NCBI GenBank assembly: GCA_045863335.1
Contig: BTVY01000007.1
Location: forward strand, 32,001-96,000
From: Candidatus Hydrogenedentota bacterium
GTDB taxonomy: Bacteria > Hydrogenedentota > Hydrogenedentia > Hydrogenedentales > SLHB01
Direction: 5' to 3'
Length of the DNA: 64,000 nucleotides
The translations under genes and the position numbers were made by a program. The notes under the pieces are model-generated. The model was not told the origin of the DNA, did no database searches, and saw nothing but the letters and a program-made list of their open reading frames with translations. Of this stretch, positions 18,061 to 27,068 are shown one piece after another. The first letter of the stretch is position 1, and the number at the start of each line of letters is the position of its first letter.

Positions 18061-20072
18061 GTAACCTTTCCGTAGATACCGCGTTCCACTTCGCTGGGTA
18101 CGGTGTTGATAAAGCTGGGCGCGTACTCGAGGTGGGAGTCTTCGAAGAGGTTCTGTCCGACCAGGGAGAATTCGAGGTTCTCTCGCGGCAACCAGGCGAG
18201 CCGGACGTCCATCGTCAGGTAATCGTCAACCCCGAGGGCGGAGATGGCGTCGACGTACCGGAACGTTGCGTCAATCTCGACATTGTGCGGCAAATCGAAA
18301 CTGTGGTGCATAAAGAACTGCTGTTCCGGCGATTCATCCTCGACGGCTCCGGACAAGAGGTCGAAGGTGTCCGGATTCGGCGAAAGATCCATTTCGAGAT
18401 AGGAGTATCCGGTTCGGACGCGCCACCACTCCCTGGGGCGCCAATCCAACGCCGCCTCGAACCCATAGGCCGTTCCCGACATGTTGTTGTCGGCGACGAC
18501 AGGAATGGCGAGATGAACGGGAAGGGGATCGACTTCGATGAATGGCCGCCGGAACTCCGTCGTTCTGAGATCGTCATAGCTATTGTGAAACAGGGCCAAA
18601 TCCAGGGCGGCGGTTTCGTGCAGTTGAACGCGATACCCGGCCTCCAGCGCAAGGACGTTTTCCGACTCGAAATCTTCGTCCCCGTACAGGGCAACGGCCA
18701 GGCGGCGCGTGGTCGTGTTCTCCAAGCGAACGTCCAGTTCGGCGCGGGATGGGCTCCGCACGGCCCGCGACGCGGCAAGCCAGAGGGTGTGTCTTTCGGC
18801 CGGTGTCCACGTCAGTCGCGCATTGGGTTGTATCTCCAGGCCGCTGTAACTGTTGTGTTCCAGCTTGGCCCCCAGCGTCAGGTTCAGGGTATCCTGAATC
18901 ACGGTAATCTCGTCCTGCAGATACACGCTGTAGATTTTGAGATCCCGTTCATCCGGGTCCAGCGACAGCAAATTCGATCCGCGAATATCGTCGCTCACAT
19001 ACCGGAAACCCGTGCCCCACACGATGCGGTGCCGTTCGCCCGCTTCGAACTCATACTGAAAGTCGAGATCCACCGTGTGCTCGCGCTGCAAGATGCTTGT
19101 GGCATCGGATTCGAAGTAGTCGTAGTACGCCTGAAGCTGAATGCGCGAGCCGTTGGCGAGGTCACGGTTCCAGCGTGCGACAAGACTCCGCCTCGCCAGG
19201 TCCTCGCTGCCGTCCGTTCGCCGGCGGAACGGGAACGTCCGCGTCGGGAGATCCAGCGTCTCCGACGTGTCGTTGCCCGATGCCCGCCCCTCGATCGTCA
19301 CCGTGTCGGACTCGTCAGGGGTCAGGTCAAAGCGGAAGCCTCCAAACGTCGAGTCCCAAGCATCGTTCGCGTTCTTGCCAGAACGAAATTCCGCTTCGTC
19401 ATGATTCGAATAGCCAAGGTAGAATCGATAGAATCCAAGATCACCAAGCGGCCCACCGTAACGGATCCGCCCAAAAACTTCGTCCTCGGTGCCGCCGCCC
19501 AAGGACAGCACGCCGCCGGTGGTCTCGCTGGCTTTCTTGGTGATGATGTTGATCACCCCATTGACCGCGTTGGCTCCCCACAAGGTGCCGCCGGGGCCGC
19601 GGATGACTTCAATGCGCTCGATGTCTTCGAGCATCACATTGAGGCCTTCCCAAAACACCCCGGAGAACAGGGGCGTATATACGGACCGGCCGTCGATAAG
19701 TACGAGTAGTTTATTCGCATACTGGCCGCTGAATCCGCGAACGGATACGGACCATGAGTTTGCGTTTAGGCGCGCCACGTGCAGGCCTGGAACAGTCCTC
19801 AAGACCTCGGGCAACGTGGTCGCGCCGGAGCGGCGAATGTCCTCGGCCGTGAGCACATAGACCGCGGCCGGAGCCAACCTCTGGGGTTCGGCCCGCTTGG
19901 AAACGCTGGTCACCTCGATACTCATGAGGTCTTCGAGGCTGAGTTCGGTAAGATCGCCTGCCGTAGTGGTTTGCGGACCAGACGCATCCTCCTCGCCACC
20001 GAGTGCTCCTGCGCTGCCTGCCCAAATTGCGGAAAGAAGGACGAGATTCCTCAGCTGACGGGCCCGAAACAT
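18048..20072 (-). CDS. TonB-dependent receptor
   Basis: Signal peptide, LSLEDLMSIEVTSVSK, plug motifs (LVLIDGR, IERIEVIRGPGGTLWGANAVNGVINIITK), C-terminal beta-signal YGKVTWRF. Confidence 0.93.
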   Translation of the reverse strand: MFRARQLRNLVLLSAIWAGSAGALGGEEDASGPQTTTAGDLTELSLEDLMSIEVTSVSKRAEPQRLAPAAVYVLTAEDIRRSGATTLPEVLRTVPGLHVARLNANSWSVSVRGFSGQYANKLLVLIDGRSVYTPLFSGVFWEGLNVMLEDIERIEVIRGPGGTLWGANAVNGVINIITKKASETTGGVLSLGGGTEDEVFGRIRYGGPLGDLGFYRFYLGYSNHDEAEFRSGKNANDAWDSTFGGFRFDLTPDESDTVTIEGRASGNDTSETLDLPTRTFPFRRRTDGSEDLARRSLVARWNRDLANGSRIQLQAYYDYFESDATSILQREHTVDLDFQYEFEAGERHRIVWGTGFRYVSDDIRGSNLLSLDPDERDLKIYSVYLQDEITVIQDTLNLTLGAKLEHNSYSGLEIQPNARLTWTPAERHTLWLAASRAVRSPSRAELDVRLENTTTRRLAVALYGDEDFESENVLALEAGYRVQLHETAALDLALFHNSYDDLRTTEFRRPFIEVDPLPVHLAIPVVADNNMSGTAYGFEAALDWRPREWWRVRTGYSYLEMDLSPNPDTFDLLSGAVEDESPEQQFFMHHSFDLPHNVEIDATFRYVDAISALGVDDYLTMDVRLAWLPRENLEFSLVGQNLFEDSHLEYAPSFINTVPSEVERGIYGKVTWRF

Positions 20073-20368
20073 GGAGTGCTCCCTCTCCACCGTCTGCGCG
20101 CGGCCTAAACATACTACGCGCCTTTCGATAGGCTTTCCGCAGAAGTCGCCCCTACTCCGCGGCCCGGGCCCAGACGATCGGGCCAGGATAGCCGTGGCGG
20201 ATACTATACCATGAAATACCGGGAGTTAAAGCGGATCATACGGGTTCGCCGTGTGATTGGTTGGATTGCTTCGAGTAGATTGGCGAACATCGCCTCATGA
20301 AGGCTGCCACCGCCATAGCTTGGTTTCCAAGCCAACTCGGGCAAAGTACTCCTGAACCGGGCGTCCTC

Positions 20369-20381
20369 AGTCAACGTATTG
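20369..20381 (+). promoter_or_regulatory. Putative IHF site upstream of the sigma54 promoter
   Basis: AGTCAACGTATTG versus consensus WATCAANNNNTTR (1 mismatch), about 35 nt upstream of the -24 box. Confidence 0.4.
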
Positions 20382-20413
20382 CAGCGGAGGAATTTACAGA
20401 TTTCAAGCATAGT

Positions 20414-20429
20414 TGGCACATGGGTTGCA
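20414..20429 (+). promoter_or_regulatory. Sigma54 -24/-12 promoter of the PilZ-psp operon
   Basis: TGGCAC-ATGGG-TTGCA is a perfect match to TGGCAC-N5-TTGCW; psp operons are classically sigma54-dependent. Confidence 0.8.
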
Positions 20430-20440
20430 CTAGGCCATTC

Positions 20441-20953
20441 ATGAATACGAAACCAACCCATACCGACCCCGCGCAATCCACGCTTAAACCGAGTCCGTAC
20501 CGTGGCGATGATAAGCGGGGGCTTGCGCGACTGCCGCTATTCATCAATGCCGAATATCGTTACGGCACGACTGGCGAGGGGTGCGCCAAAGTCCAGAACA
20601 TCGGGCGTGCCGGCTTGCGGTTGCGCATGGGCCGCTATCTTCGCCCCGGGACGGTCGTTCGATTACATCTCGAAGCGGAGGATTTGGGCTTGGATCCCAT
20701 CGAATTCACGACGCATATCGCATGGTGCATCCCCGTTTCGGAAAACGGGGAGTTCGATGCGGGCCTGCGCATCCTTCACGATGGGACCGAATCGCTGGCT
20801 CAGGTATCGGCGTTGATTCACGCCGCCCTCTTGCGCTCGGGCCAGCTCTGCGAGCGGAAAGGGCCGCACGCGATGAACTTGGGAGTAACCGTGACGCCCG
20901 TCTGGCGGTGTGATACCGCACACGCTGGGGCCACGTTGCAGATTGGGACGTAA
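20441..20953 (+). CDS. PilZ domain protein
   Basis: RxxxR (KRGLARLP) and N-x-G-x-x-G (NIGRAG) motifs, IAWC and GLRI beta-barrel pattern; start chosen downstream of the sigma54 promoter. Confidence 0.75.
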   Translation: MNTKPTHTDPAQSTLKPSPYRGDDKRGLARLPLFINAEYRYGTTGEGCAKVQNIGRAGLRLRMGRYLRPGTVVRLHLEAEDLGLDPIEFTTHIAWCIPVSENGEFDAGLRILHDGTESLAQVSALIHAALLRSGQLCERKGPHAMNLGVTVTPVWRCDTAHAGATLQIGT

Positions 20954-21020
20954 CGTACAAGCGCCGCGCCGGCGACCTGGCTGAACGGGGCGGCATCGAA
21001 ATGAGTTGGAGGACGATTTC

Positions 21021-21698
21021 ATGGGTATCTTTACACGGGTTCGCGACATCATCAGCTCGAACATCAACGCCATGCTCGACAAGGCGGAGGATCCGGAAAA
21101 GCTGGTTAAACTGATGATCCGGGAAATGGAAGACACGCTGGTGGAGGTGAAGGCCTCCTGTGCGGGCGCCATGGCCACGAAGAAGAAGATTCAGCGCGAA
21201 GCCGACGAAGTGCGCAAGCGGGAAAAGGATTGGGGCGCCAAGGCCCAGCTCGCGGTTGACAAGGGGCGTGAAGACCTTGCGCGCGAAGCCCTTGTCGAGA
21301 AGCGGCGGTACCGGGAACGGGCCGAAGCAATCGACAAGGAACAGACCCAATGCGACGCGCTGGTCGAGCAGTACCAGTCTGATATAATGCAGTTGGAAGA
21401 TAAGCTCGCCCTGGCGCGCGAGAAGCAGCGCGTCCTGGTGCAACGGCACGTGCATGCCTCGCGCAAGAAGCAGGCGCAGGAAAAGATTCGGCGCAGCGAT
21501 ACGGCCGATGCGATGGCCCGGTTCGAGACCTTCGAGCACCGCATCGAACGCATGGAGGCCGAGGCTGACCTCGTGAACTTTGGCGTCAAGTCCAACTCCC
21601 TGGAAGAGGAGTTCCTCAAGCTCGCAGACGACGAGGAGATCGAGAAGGAACTGAACGCGCTGAAAGCCAGAAAGGGGTCCGGCGAGCAGCCGAGCTAA
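21021..21698 (+). CDS. pspA: Phage shock protein A
   Basis: MGIFTRVRDIISSNINAMLDKAEDPEKLVKLMIREMEDTLVEV; coiled coil; GREDLAREAL; GGAGG RBS. Confidence 0.96.
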   Translation: MGIFTRVRDIISSNINAMLDKAEDPEKLVKLMIREMEDTLVEVKASCAGAMATKKKIQREADEVRKREKDWGAKAQLAVDKGREDLAREALVEKRRYRERAEAIDKEQTQCDALVEQYQSDIMQLEDKLALAREKQRVLVQRHVHASRKKQAQEKIRRSDTADAMARFETFEHRIERMEAEADLVNFGVKSNSLEEEFLKLADDEEIEKELNALKARKGSGEQPS

Positions 21699-21753
21699 CG
21701 ACGGCAGCGCCGGGGGTCAAGGGTAACGCCGTACCAACAGGAAAGGGAACGTC

Positions 21754-22227
21754 ATGCTGGAGACGCAGTCGGGAGAGATGTACACCGTTGAAGAGGTGGA
21801 GTCCATATTGCGGCGCGCCCTCCGGCGGAAACGGGATTCCGGAGAGATTACCTACGACGAACTCGTCGAGACTGCACGGGAACTGGGCATTGCGCCCGGC
21901 GAACTTGAACGCGCGATCAACGAGCAACGGACCGTGGGCGAATTCGAATCGGCCTGCGACGAATGGAAGATACGGCGGAAACGCAAGTTCTACGAGCACC
22001 TCCGCGCGTATCTCATTATTAACGGGTTTCTGTTCTTGTTCGACATCGTCGTCACCGGCGGGAGCTGGTTCTTCTACTGCCTGCTTGGGTGGGGGATCGG
22101 GCTTGCCTTTGACGCGGCCAGCGCGTTCAATCCCGATCCCAAAGAGATCGAGCGCGGAGCGAACAAGATCATGCGCAAACGCGCGCGCGGCGACGAATCA
22201 GGCAATTGGAGCCGGCGCGGCTGCTAA
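21754..22227 (+). CDS. 2TM domain-containing protein
   Basis: N-terminal EEVESILRRAL...ELVETARELGI; C-terminal FYEHLRAYLIINGFL...W...GWGIGLAF (2TM-domain pattern). Confidence 0.8.
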   Translation: MLETQSGEMYTVEEVESILRRALRRKRDSGEITYDELVETARELGIAPGELERAINEQRTVGEFESACDEWKIRRKRKFYEHLRAYLIINGFLFLFDIVVTGGSWFFYCLLGWGIGLAFDAASAFNPDPKEIERGANKIMRKRARGDESGNWSRRGC

Positions 22228-22251
22228 CCCAGGAGATGTGGGGTAATCGAA

Positions 22252-22503
22252 ATGGTTATGGTTGTCGCTTGGGCGGAATTGTTGATACTGGTTGTGCTGC
22301 TTCTCTTTGTGTCCGTCATTGTATGCGTCGTTGGGTTGGCCGCGGGCGCGTCCCGGGTCGCACGAAACCGGCCGCGGCAACAGGATACGGACGAGGCCCG
22401 CGTGATCCAGGAGATCCATCAAGGCCTGGCCCGGATGGAAGAGCGGCTGGAAGCGCTTGAAACGATTATCATGGAACGCGAAGAAGATCGCAGCCCGTAC
22501 TGA
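22252..22503 (+). CDS. PspB-like single-TM protein (copy 1)
   Basis: N-terminal TM helix, then IQEIHQGLARMEERLEALETII (PspB C-terminal motif). Confidence 0.75.
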   Translation: MVMVVAWAELLILVVLLLFVSVIVCVVGLAAGASRVARNRPRQQDTDEARVIQEIHQGLARMEERLEALETIIMEREEDRSPY

Positions 22504-22544
22504 ACGGGACGGCGAACTCTTAGGAATGAGTGAAGGAGAATGGA

Positions 22545-22793
22545 ATGGATGTCGCGCTTATCGGTGTCATGATCCCGTTCGTCGCCGTGCTCGGTGCGAT
22601 CTTTCTGGCGGCCCTGTTAATCCTCAAAGGCGGATCGCGGCGCTCCGATCGGGAGATGCACGCCGAAGAAACTCGCCTCATCCAGGACATCCATCACGGC
22701 TTGATCAAGATGGAAGAACGGGTCGAGGCTTTGGAAACCTTGCTTCTCGAACGGGACCGCCAAGGTGGAAGTGTCGGACAGGATACGCGCTAG
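22545..22793 (+). CDS. PspB-like single-TM protein (copy 2)
   Basis: TM helix, then IQDIHHGLIKMEERVEALETLL; AAGGAG RBS. Confidence 0.8.
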   Translation: MDVALIGVMIPFVAVLGAIFLAALLILKGGSRRSDREMHAEETRLIQDIHHGLIKMEERVEALETLLLERDRQGGSVGQDTR

Positions 22794-22837
22794 GGTTTTG
22801 AATTTGGGTTTTCGGAACGGCGAAGGGAGGAGCCGGC

Positions 22838-23221
22838 ATGGTGCCTCATGAACATAATGTAAAACGGTTGTATCGGTCCCGGTCGGGCATGATCTTCGGG
22901 GTGTGCAAAGGAATGGCGGAGTACCTCGATTTTCCCGTGGGCGGACTCCGGCTTATCGCTATCTTACTCAGCCTGTTCACCGGCATCTGGCCGCTCGTCG
23001 GCGCGTATATTATTGCCGCGCTGATCCTGAAGCCCGAACCCGTCATCCCGTTCAGGGAAGACACGGACCAGGAGTTCTACGAGTCCTACGTCAATTCCCG
23101 CTCCATGGCGCTCCACCGCCTGAAGCGCACCTTTGACAATCTCGAACGCCGCATCCGTCGCCTGGAAAGCATGGTCACCGCCCGCGACTACGACTGGGAG
23201 CGCCGCTTGAACGAGCACTAG
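22838..23221 (+). CDS. pspC: Phage shock protein C
   Basis: KRLYRSRSGMIFGVCKGMAEY, TM with YIIAALIL, C-terminal LERRIRRLESMVT. Confidence 0.93.
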   Translation: MVPHEHNVKRLYRSRSGMIFGVCKGMAEYLDFPVGGLRLIAILLSLFTGIWPLVGAYIIAALILKPEPVIPFREDTDQEFYESYVNSRSMALHRLKRTFDNLERRIRRLESMVTARDYDWERRLNEH

Positions 23222-23245
23222 AATCCCACACCAAAGACCTTGTCG

Positions 23246-23275
23246 GGACGCGCAAATAGCGCGTCCTTTTTCTTT
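23246..23275 (+). terminator. Rho-independent terminator of the psp operon
   Basis: GGACGCGC-AAATA-GCGCGTCC followed by TTTTTCTTT, 25 nt after the pspC stop. Confidence 0.85.
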
Positions 23276-23341
23276 GGCCCGCGCCGCAATCCTGCATGAA
23301 TTATTGGACACATCCGGAGTCAGCACGTACAAAGATTCGAA

Positions 23342-23357
23342 CCGGAAGTACTTCCGG
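23342..23357. promoter_or_regulatory. Perfect 16-bp palindrome CCGGAAGTACTTCCGG, candidate activator-binding site
   Basis: Palindrome 60 nt upstream of the sigma54 -24 box, beyond an IHF-like site. Confidence 0.45.
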
Positions 23358-23374
23358 AAGCCAGACCCTCGCCG

Positions 23375-23387
23375 TAAGTGCTTGATG
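23375..23387 (-). promoter_or_regulatory. Putative IHF site
   Basis: Minus strand CATCAAGCACTTA versus WATCAANNNNTTR (1 mismatch). Confidence 0.5.
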
Positions 23388-23416
23388 TACAGCACGGATA
23401 CATTTCGGACACGACT

Positions 23417-23432
23417 TGGCACAAACCATGCT
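23417..23432 (+). promoter_or_regulatory. Sigma54 -24/-12 promoter of the rubrerythrin operon
   Basis: TGGCAC-AAACC-ATGCT with correct GG/GC spacing; a sigma54 activator is encoded in the same gene run. Confidence 0.7.
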
Positions 23433-23513
23433 CTCAGCAGCAGTGCCGGTCCATCTCGGGACTGGAACAGCAGAGGAAGTGAAACATCACGTCGTTGTAA
23501 GGAGGTTCGAGGA

Positions 23514-24161
23514 ATGTATCCTGCACGTGCATCGAAGCGTCTGGTTTGGAAGATCACGGTAATCGGATTGTTGGGGCTGGTGGCCTCCCCATTCGTTTCC
23601 GCGGCGTCGCCGGAACTCGTCGTGGGCTCGACCCTGGAGAACTTGCAGGCCGCGTTTAACGGCGAATCCAACGCCCACGCACGCTATCTTACATTCGCCA
23701 AGAAAGCCGAAGAAGAAGGATATGCCCCTGTCGCGAGCCTCTTCCGCGCGGCGGCAAAAGCCGAGGAGATTCACGCGGCCAATCACAAGAAAGTCATTGA
23801 GGCCATGGGCGGCACCGCAGAGGCAACCATCGAAACCCCGGAAGTGAAGACCACTGCCGAGAATCTCGCGGCCGCCATTGCGGGCGAATCGTACGAACGC
23901 GATATCATGTACGTCGAGTTTCTCAAAGTAGCAAAGTCCGACCGCAACCGGGACGCTATCCGAACCCTGAACTTCGCAAAAACCGCCGAGGCGGAGCACG
24001 CCAAGATGTACCAGAGCGCCCTGGACAATCTGGAATCCTGGAAAGGCGACGCGAAAACCTTCTTCGTGTGCACGGTCTGTGGATACACGACGACCGATCC
24101 CTCGTTCGAAAAGTGCCCCTCTTGCTTCTCTCCCCAAGAGAAGTTCATCAAGGTATCCTAA
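23514..24161 (+). CDS. rbr: Rubrerythrin with an N-terminal signal peptide
   Basis: Di-iron ligands (GESNAHARY, AEEIHA, GESYE..MY, AEAEHA), C-terminal CTVCG...CPSC; AAGGAGG RBS before ATG 23514; hydrophobic leader ending VSA-A. Confidence 0.92.
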   Translation: MYPARASKRLVWKITVIGLLGLVASPFVSAASPELVVGSTLENLQAAFNGESNAHARYLTFAKKAEEEGYAPVASLFRAAAKAEEIHAANHKKVIEAMGGTAEATIETPEVKTTAENLAAAIAGESYERDIMYVEFLKVAKSDRNRDAIRTLNFAKTAEAEHAKMYQSALDNLESWKGDAKTFFVCTVCGYTTTDPSFEKCPSCFSPQEKFIKVS

Positions 24162-24180
24162 CCCTTGAGCCTACTCCCAC

Positions 24181-24211
24181 GCCGGCCGCCGTCCACCCCG
24201 CGGCGGCCGGC
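24181..24211 (+). other. GC-rich stem-loop between rbr and DUF2231 (no U-tract; possible mRNA stabiliser)
   Basis: GCCGGCCGCCG-N9-CGGCGGCCGGC, perfect 11-bp stem. Confidence 0.55.
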
Positions 24212-24252
24212 AACCCTCAACGAATTATGACCACTACCGGAGGATTCGAGCC

Positions 24253-24804
24253 ATGTTGCCACCACTGCCGAGTTGGGACGGACTTCACCCGCTGGTCGTC
24301 CATTTCCCCATCGCGCTGTTGCTTGTCGCACCACTTCTCGTGATCCTGGGTCTGCTTGTCCCGAAAATGTGGAAGGGGTTCGCCATTGCCGCACTGGTGC
24401 TTATGGCCTTGGGAACGGCCGGCGCGTTCGTGGCCGTCGCCACTGGCGAAGCCGGCGCGGGTCTGGTAGAACGAACGGAGGCCATCTCAGAAGTGCTCGA
24501 GCAGCACGAAGACCTTGCTGAAACCACCCGGACCGTGTTCGCCGTATTGACCGTCATCTTCGCGGCGATTGTCCTGGGGCCGATGCTTTCGCGCAGCACC
24601 TTAAAACCCGCTGTGAACGCGGGCCTGAACGCCGCGTTTCTGCTACTGTACGCCTTTGGCGCGCTGCTGCTCGTGAATGCGGCGCATGAAGGCGGCCGGC
24701 TCGTGCATGAGTACGGCGTCCAGGCGATGACCGCGCAAGGGCCATCGAGCTTGGGAGCTTTCTTCGGCGAGGATGAACATGAAGAACACGAAGACGACGA
24801 CTAG
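24253..24804 (+). CDS. DUF2231 family membrane protein
   Basis: LHPLVVHFPIALL, ATG, EQHE, AHEGGRLVHEYGV; 4 TM helices; acidic His-rich tail. Confidence 0.85.
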   Translation: MLPPLPSWDGLHPLVVHFPIALLLVAPLLVILGLLVPKMWKGFAIAALVLMALGTAGAFVAVATGEAGAGLVERTEAISEVLEQHEDLAETTRTVFAVLTVIFAAIVLGPMLSRSTLKPAVNAGLNAAFLLLYAFGALLLVNAAHEGGRLVHEYGVQAMTAQGPSSLGAFFGEDEHEEHEDDD

Positions 24805-25579
24805 AGCGGAATCGGACCGCCCGGAGGCCAAGTCGGCGAGAGGCATTCAACGGGGCACGCTGTACGCTGTCGTATTTGGCCTGCTGACCCACGCAGTATT
24901 CGCGGTTTCCGTCTTGGTGATGGTGTTCGGCCTGTACTCGGGCTTGCGATCGGGCCACGGACACCTGCACGGGTGGTGGGCAGCGTTGGGAAACGCGATG
25001 CTCATCGCGCAGTTTCCCCTCGTTCATTCCTTTCTCTTGAGCAAGCGAGGACGACGTATCCTCGCACGACTTGCACCGGGCAAAGTTGGCGCGGACCTCG
25101 CTCCGACGACCTACGTGTTCACCGCGAGTCTGCAACTGTTGGCGACGTTCGAACTGTGGTCGCCCAGCGGGATTACGCTATTCGATCCCTCGGGCGGCGT
25201 CCGATGGCTTTCTCTTGCCCTGTTTGTTGCGAGTTGGATTTTCCTTATCAAGGCCCTCACCGATTCCGGCCTCGCACTGCAAACCGGCTACCTCGGTTGG
25301 AGTTCGGTGGCACGAGGAAAGCGACTGGACTACGGAGACTTCCCACAACACGGACTTTTCAAACTCATCCGGCATCCTGTGTATCTCGGGTTCGCGCTCG
25401 TGCTCTGGACGGCCCCCATTCACACGTTGGACGGGGTCATTCTGGCAGCACTCTGGACCGTCTATTGCGTTGCGGGACCCCTCCTAAAGGAGTCGAGATT
25501 CCACGCCTGGTACGGCGAACGATACGCCCGCTATCGGGACGCGGTCCCCTATATGCTACCGTGGCGCAAGTCCCGATGA
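24773..25579 (+). CDS. Isoprenylcysteine carboxyl methyltransferase / MddA-NnrU-like membrane methyltransferase
   Basis: Multi-TM; QFPLVHS, GLFKLIRHPVYLG, KE..F...YGERYARYRDAVP. Start uncertain. Confidence 0.8.
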   Translation: MNMKNTKTTTRAESDRPEAKSARGIQRGTLYAVVFGLLTHAVFAVSVLVMVFGLYSGLRSGHGHLHGWWAALGNAMLIAQFPLVHSFLLSKRGRRILARLAPGKVGADLAPTTYVFTASLQLLATFELWSPSGITLFDPSGGVRWLSLALFVASWIFLIKALTDSGLALQTGYLGWSSVARGKRLDYGDFPQHGLFKLIRHPVYLGFALVLWTAPIHTLDGVILAALWTVYCVAGPLLKESRFHAWYGERYARYRDAVPYMLPWRKSR

Positions 25580-25613
25580 TCGGGGCACCCGAGCGCGCAT
25601 TGGCGGCACTGGC

Positions 25614-27068
25614 ATGAGCTGCACTATACTCAAGAGCCAGACAAACTCGTGCCGGTGCAGCGCCGGTGTACGGTCGCGGAGTTCAGTGGATAGCGCGCAG
25701 AATACCAGTGGAGACGCACCTCGACCGGGCGATTCGGACCGCCCGGACACGCTGGTATCGACCGCCTTGACAGCATGCGTTGATTTCGAAGTATTCCGTC
25801 GGCAGGAAAGCACGATCATCCTGCTGAACCTGTCCATCATCGCGGCGTTGCTACTCGTGCAGGTGATTTTTCGGGAAGTCTTTGTACTTCCCTCCCGTCT
25901 CATCATCCTGCTTTTCGGCGGGCGCTTTCTCATGCAGGCCGTCGAGCTCATCGTGCTCAACACGAGAACCCGGCCCTGGGGATGGCGCGTGGTATGCGGT
26001 TACGCGCACCTCTCCATCGTGCTGCACATCGCGTTCGCAACGCTCGTGTCGATGCTGGCCACCTCCGAAGATTCCCACTACGCGGTGTTGATGGTCTTAC
26101 CCGTGGTCGCCGCGGCGTTCCGCTATTCATTAACCGGTACGCTGGGCGTGGCAGGTGTTGCCGGCGCGCTTACGATTCTCCAGGTGTGGGTCTACTTCCG
26201 AGGCGCCCCGGAGGTCAATCTCAGCGAGTACTTCGAAGCCGTGACGATGGTCCTCATCTATTTCGCTGTCGGGCTTGTGGTCTGGCTGCTCGTTGCCCAA
26301 CTTCGGTCGGAGCAAGGCAAACTTCAAAACGCCCTTCTCGAACTCGAGAAGACCCGAGACCGGCTTGTTTCCGAGGAGAAACTGGCGGCAATTGGCCGGT
26401 TGTCCAGCGCCATCGCTCACGAAATCCGCAATCCCATCGCCATGATTTCCAGTTCACTGGCGACTGCGAATCAGCCGGGTACGGAACCGGAAATCCGGGA
26501 CGAGATGTTCGGCATTGCCGCGACCGAGGCGCAGCGGCTGGAAACCTTCACAACAGACTTCCTCGCCTACGCGCGCACGGCCAAGCCCGACCGGCAACCG
26601 GCCTCTCTCACAACAATTGCCGAGTACGTGGGCGCCCTCGCCAAGGCGCGCGCGGCAGAAGCAGGCGCCCAGGTTGGCACGGTATGTGTCGGCAGCGGCA
26701 CGGCGTCAGTCGACGCGTTTCAAATACAACAGGCAGTCGTGAACCTTGTGTTGAACGCCATCGACGCGGCCGGCCCCGGAGGCCGCATCGAAATCGGCTG
26801 CCGCGCGGAAGGTTCCGATCTAGCAATTACCGTGCAGAACACCGGCACGCCGATTCCCTCCGAAACGGCGGCGCGCATCTTTGAGCCCTTCTATACCACC
26901 AAATCCCGTGGAACCGGACTGGGCCTGGCCATCGCACGCAATATTGCCCGGGGTCACGGCGGCGAACTCGAGTTGGATGCAAACGAACCCGATAAGGTTC
27001 GTTTCGTGATACGCTTGCCGGGGGCGTTGGTTGCCGACAACGATGTGACGCCGGGGGATCACTCGTGA
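25614..27068 (+). CDS. Multi-TM sensor histidine kinase
   Basis: About 6 TM helices, EKLAAIGRLSSAIAHEIRNP, NLVLNAIDA, FYTTKSRGTGLGL. The real start is probably about 50 codons downstream of the ORF start. Confidence 0.9.
   Translation: MSCTILKSQTNSCRCSAGVRSRSSVDSAQNTSGDAPRPGDSDRPDTLVSTALTACVDFEVFRRQESTIILLNLSIIAALLLVQVIFREVFVLPSRLIILLFGGRFLMQAVELIVLNTRTRPWGWRVVCGYAHLSIVLHIAFATLVSMLATSEDSHYAVLMVLPVVAAAFRYSLTGTLGVAGVAGALTILQVWVYFRGAPEVNLSEYFEAVTMVLIYFAVGLVVWLLVAQLRSEQGKLQNALLELEKTRDRLVSEEKLAAIGRLSSAIAHEIRNPIAMISSSLATANQPGTEPEIRDEMFGIAATEAQRLETFTTDFLAYARTAKPDRQPASLTTIAEYVGALAKARAAEAGAQVGTVCVGSGTASVDAFQIQQAVVNLVLNAIDAAGPGGRIEIGCRAEGSDLAITVQNTGTPIPSETAARIFEPFYTTKSRGTGLGLAIARNIARGHGGELELDANEPDKVRFVIRLPGALVADNDVTPGDHS

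Noticed and set aside
17940-19709. 589-aa + strand ORF, and similar long antisense ORFs (8378-9718, 29107-30462, 37228-38853, 43792-45207)
   Set aside because: They lie antisense to well-supported genes and have no motifs; such shadow ORFs are expected in high-GC DNA.
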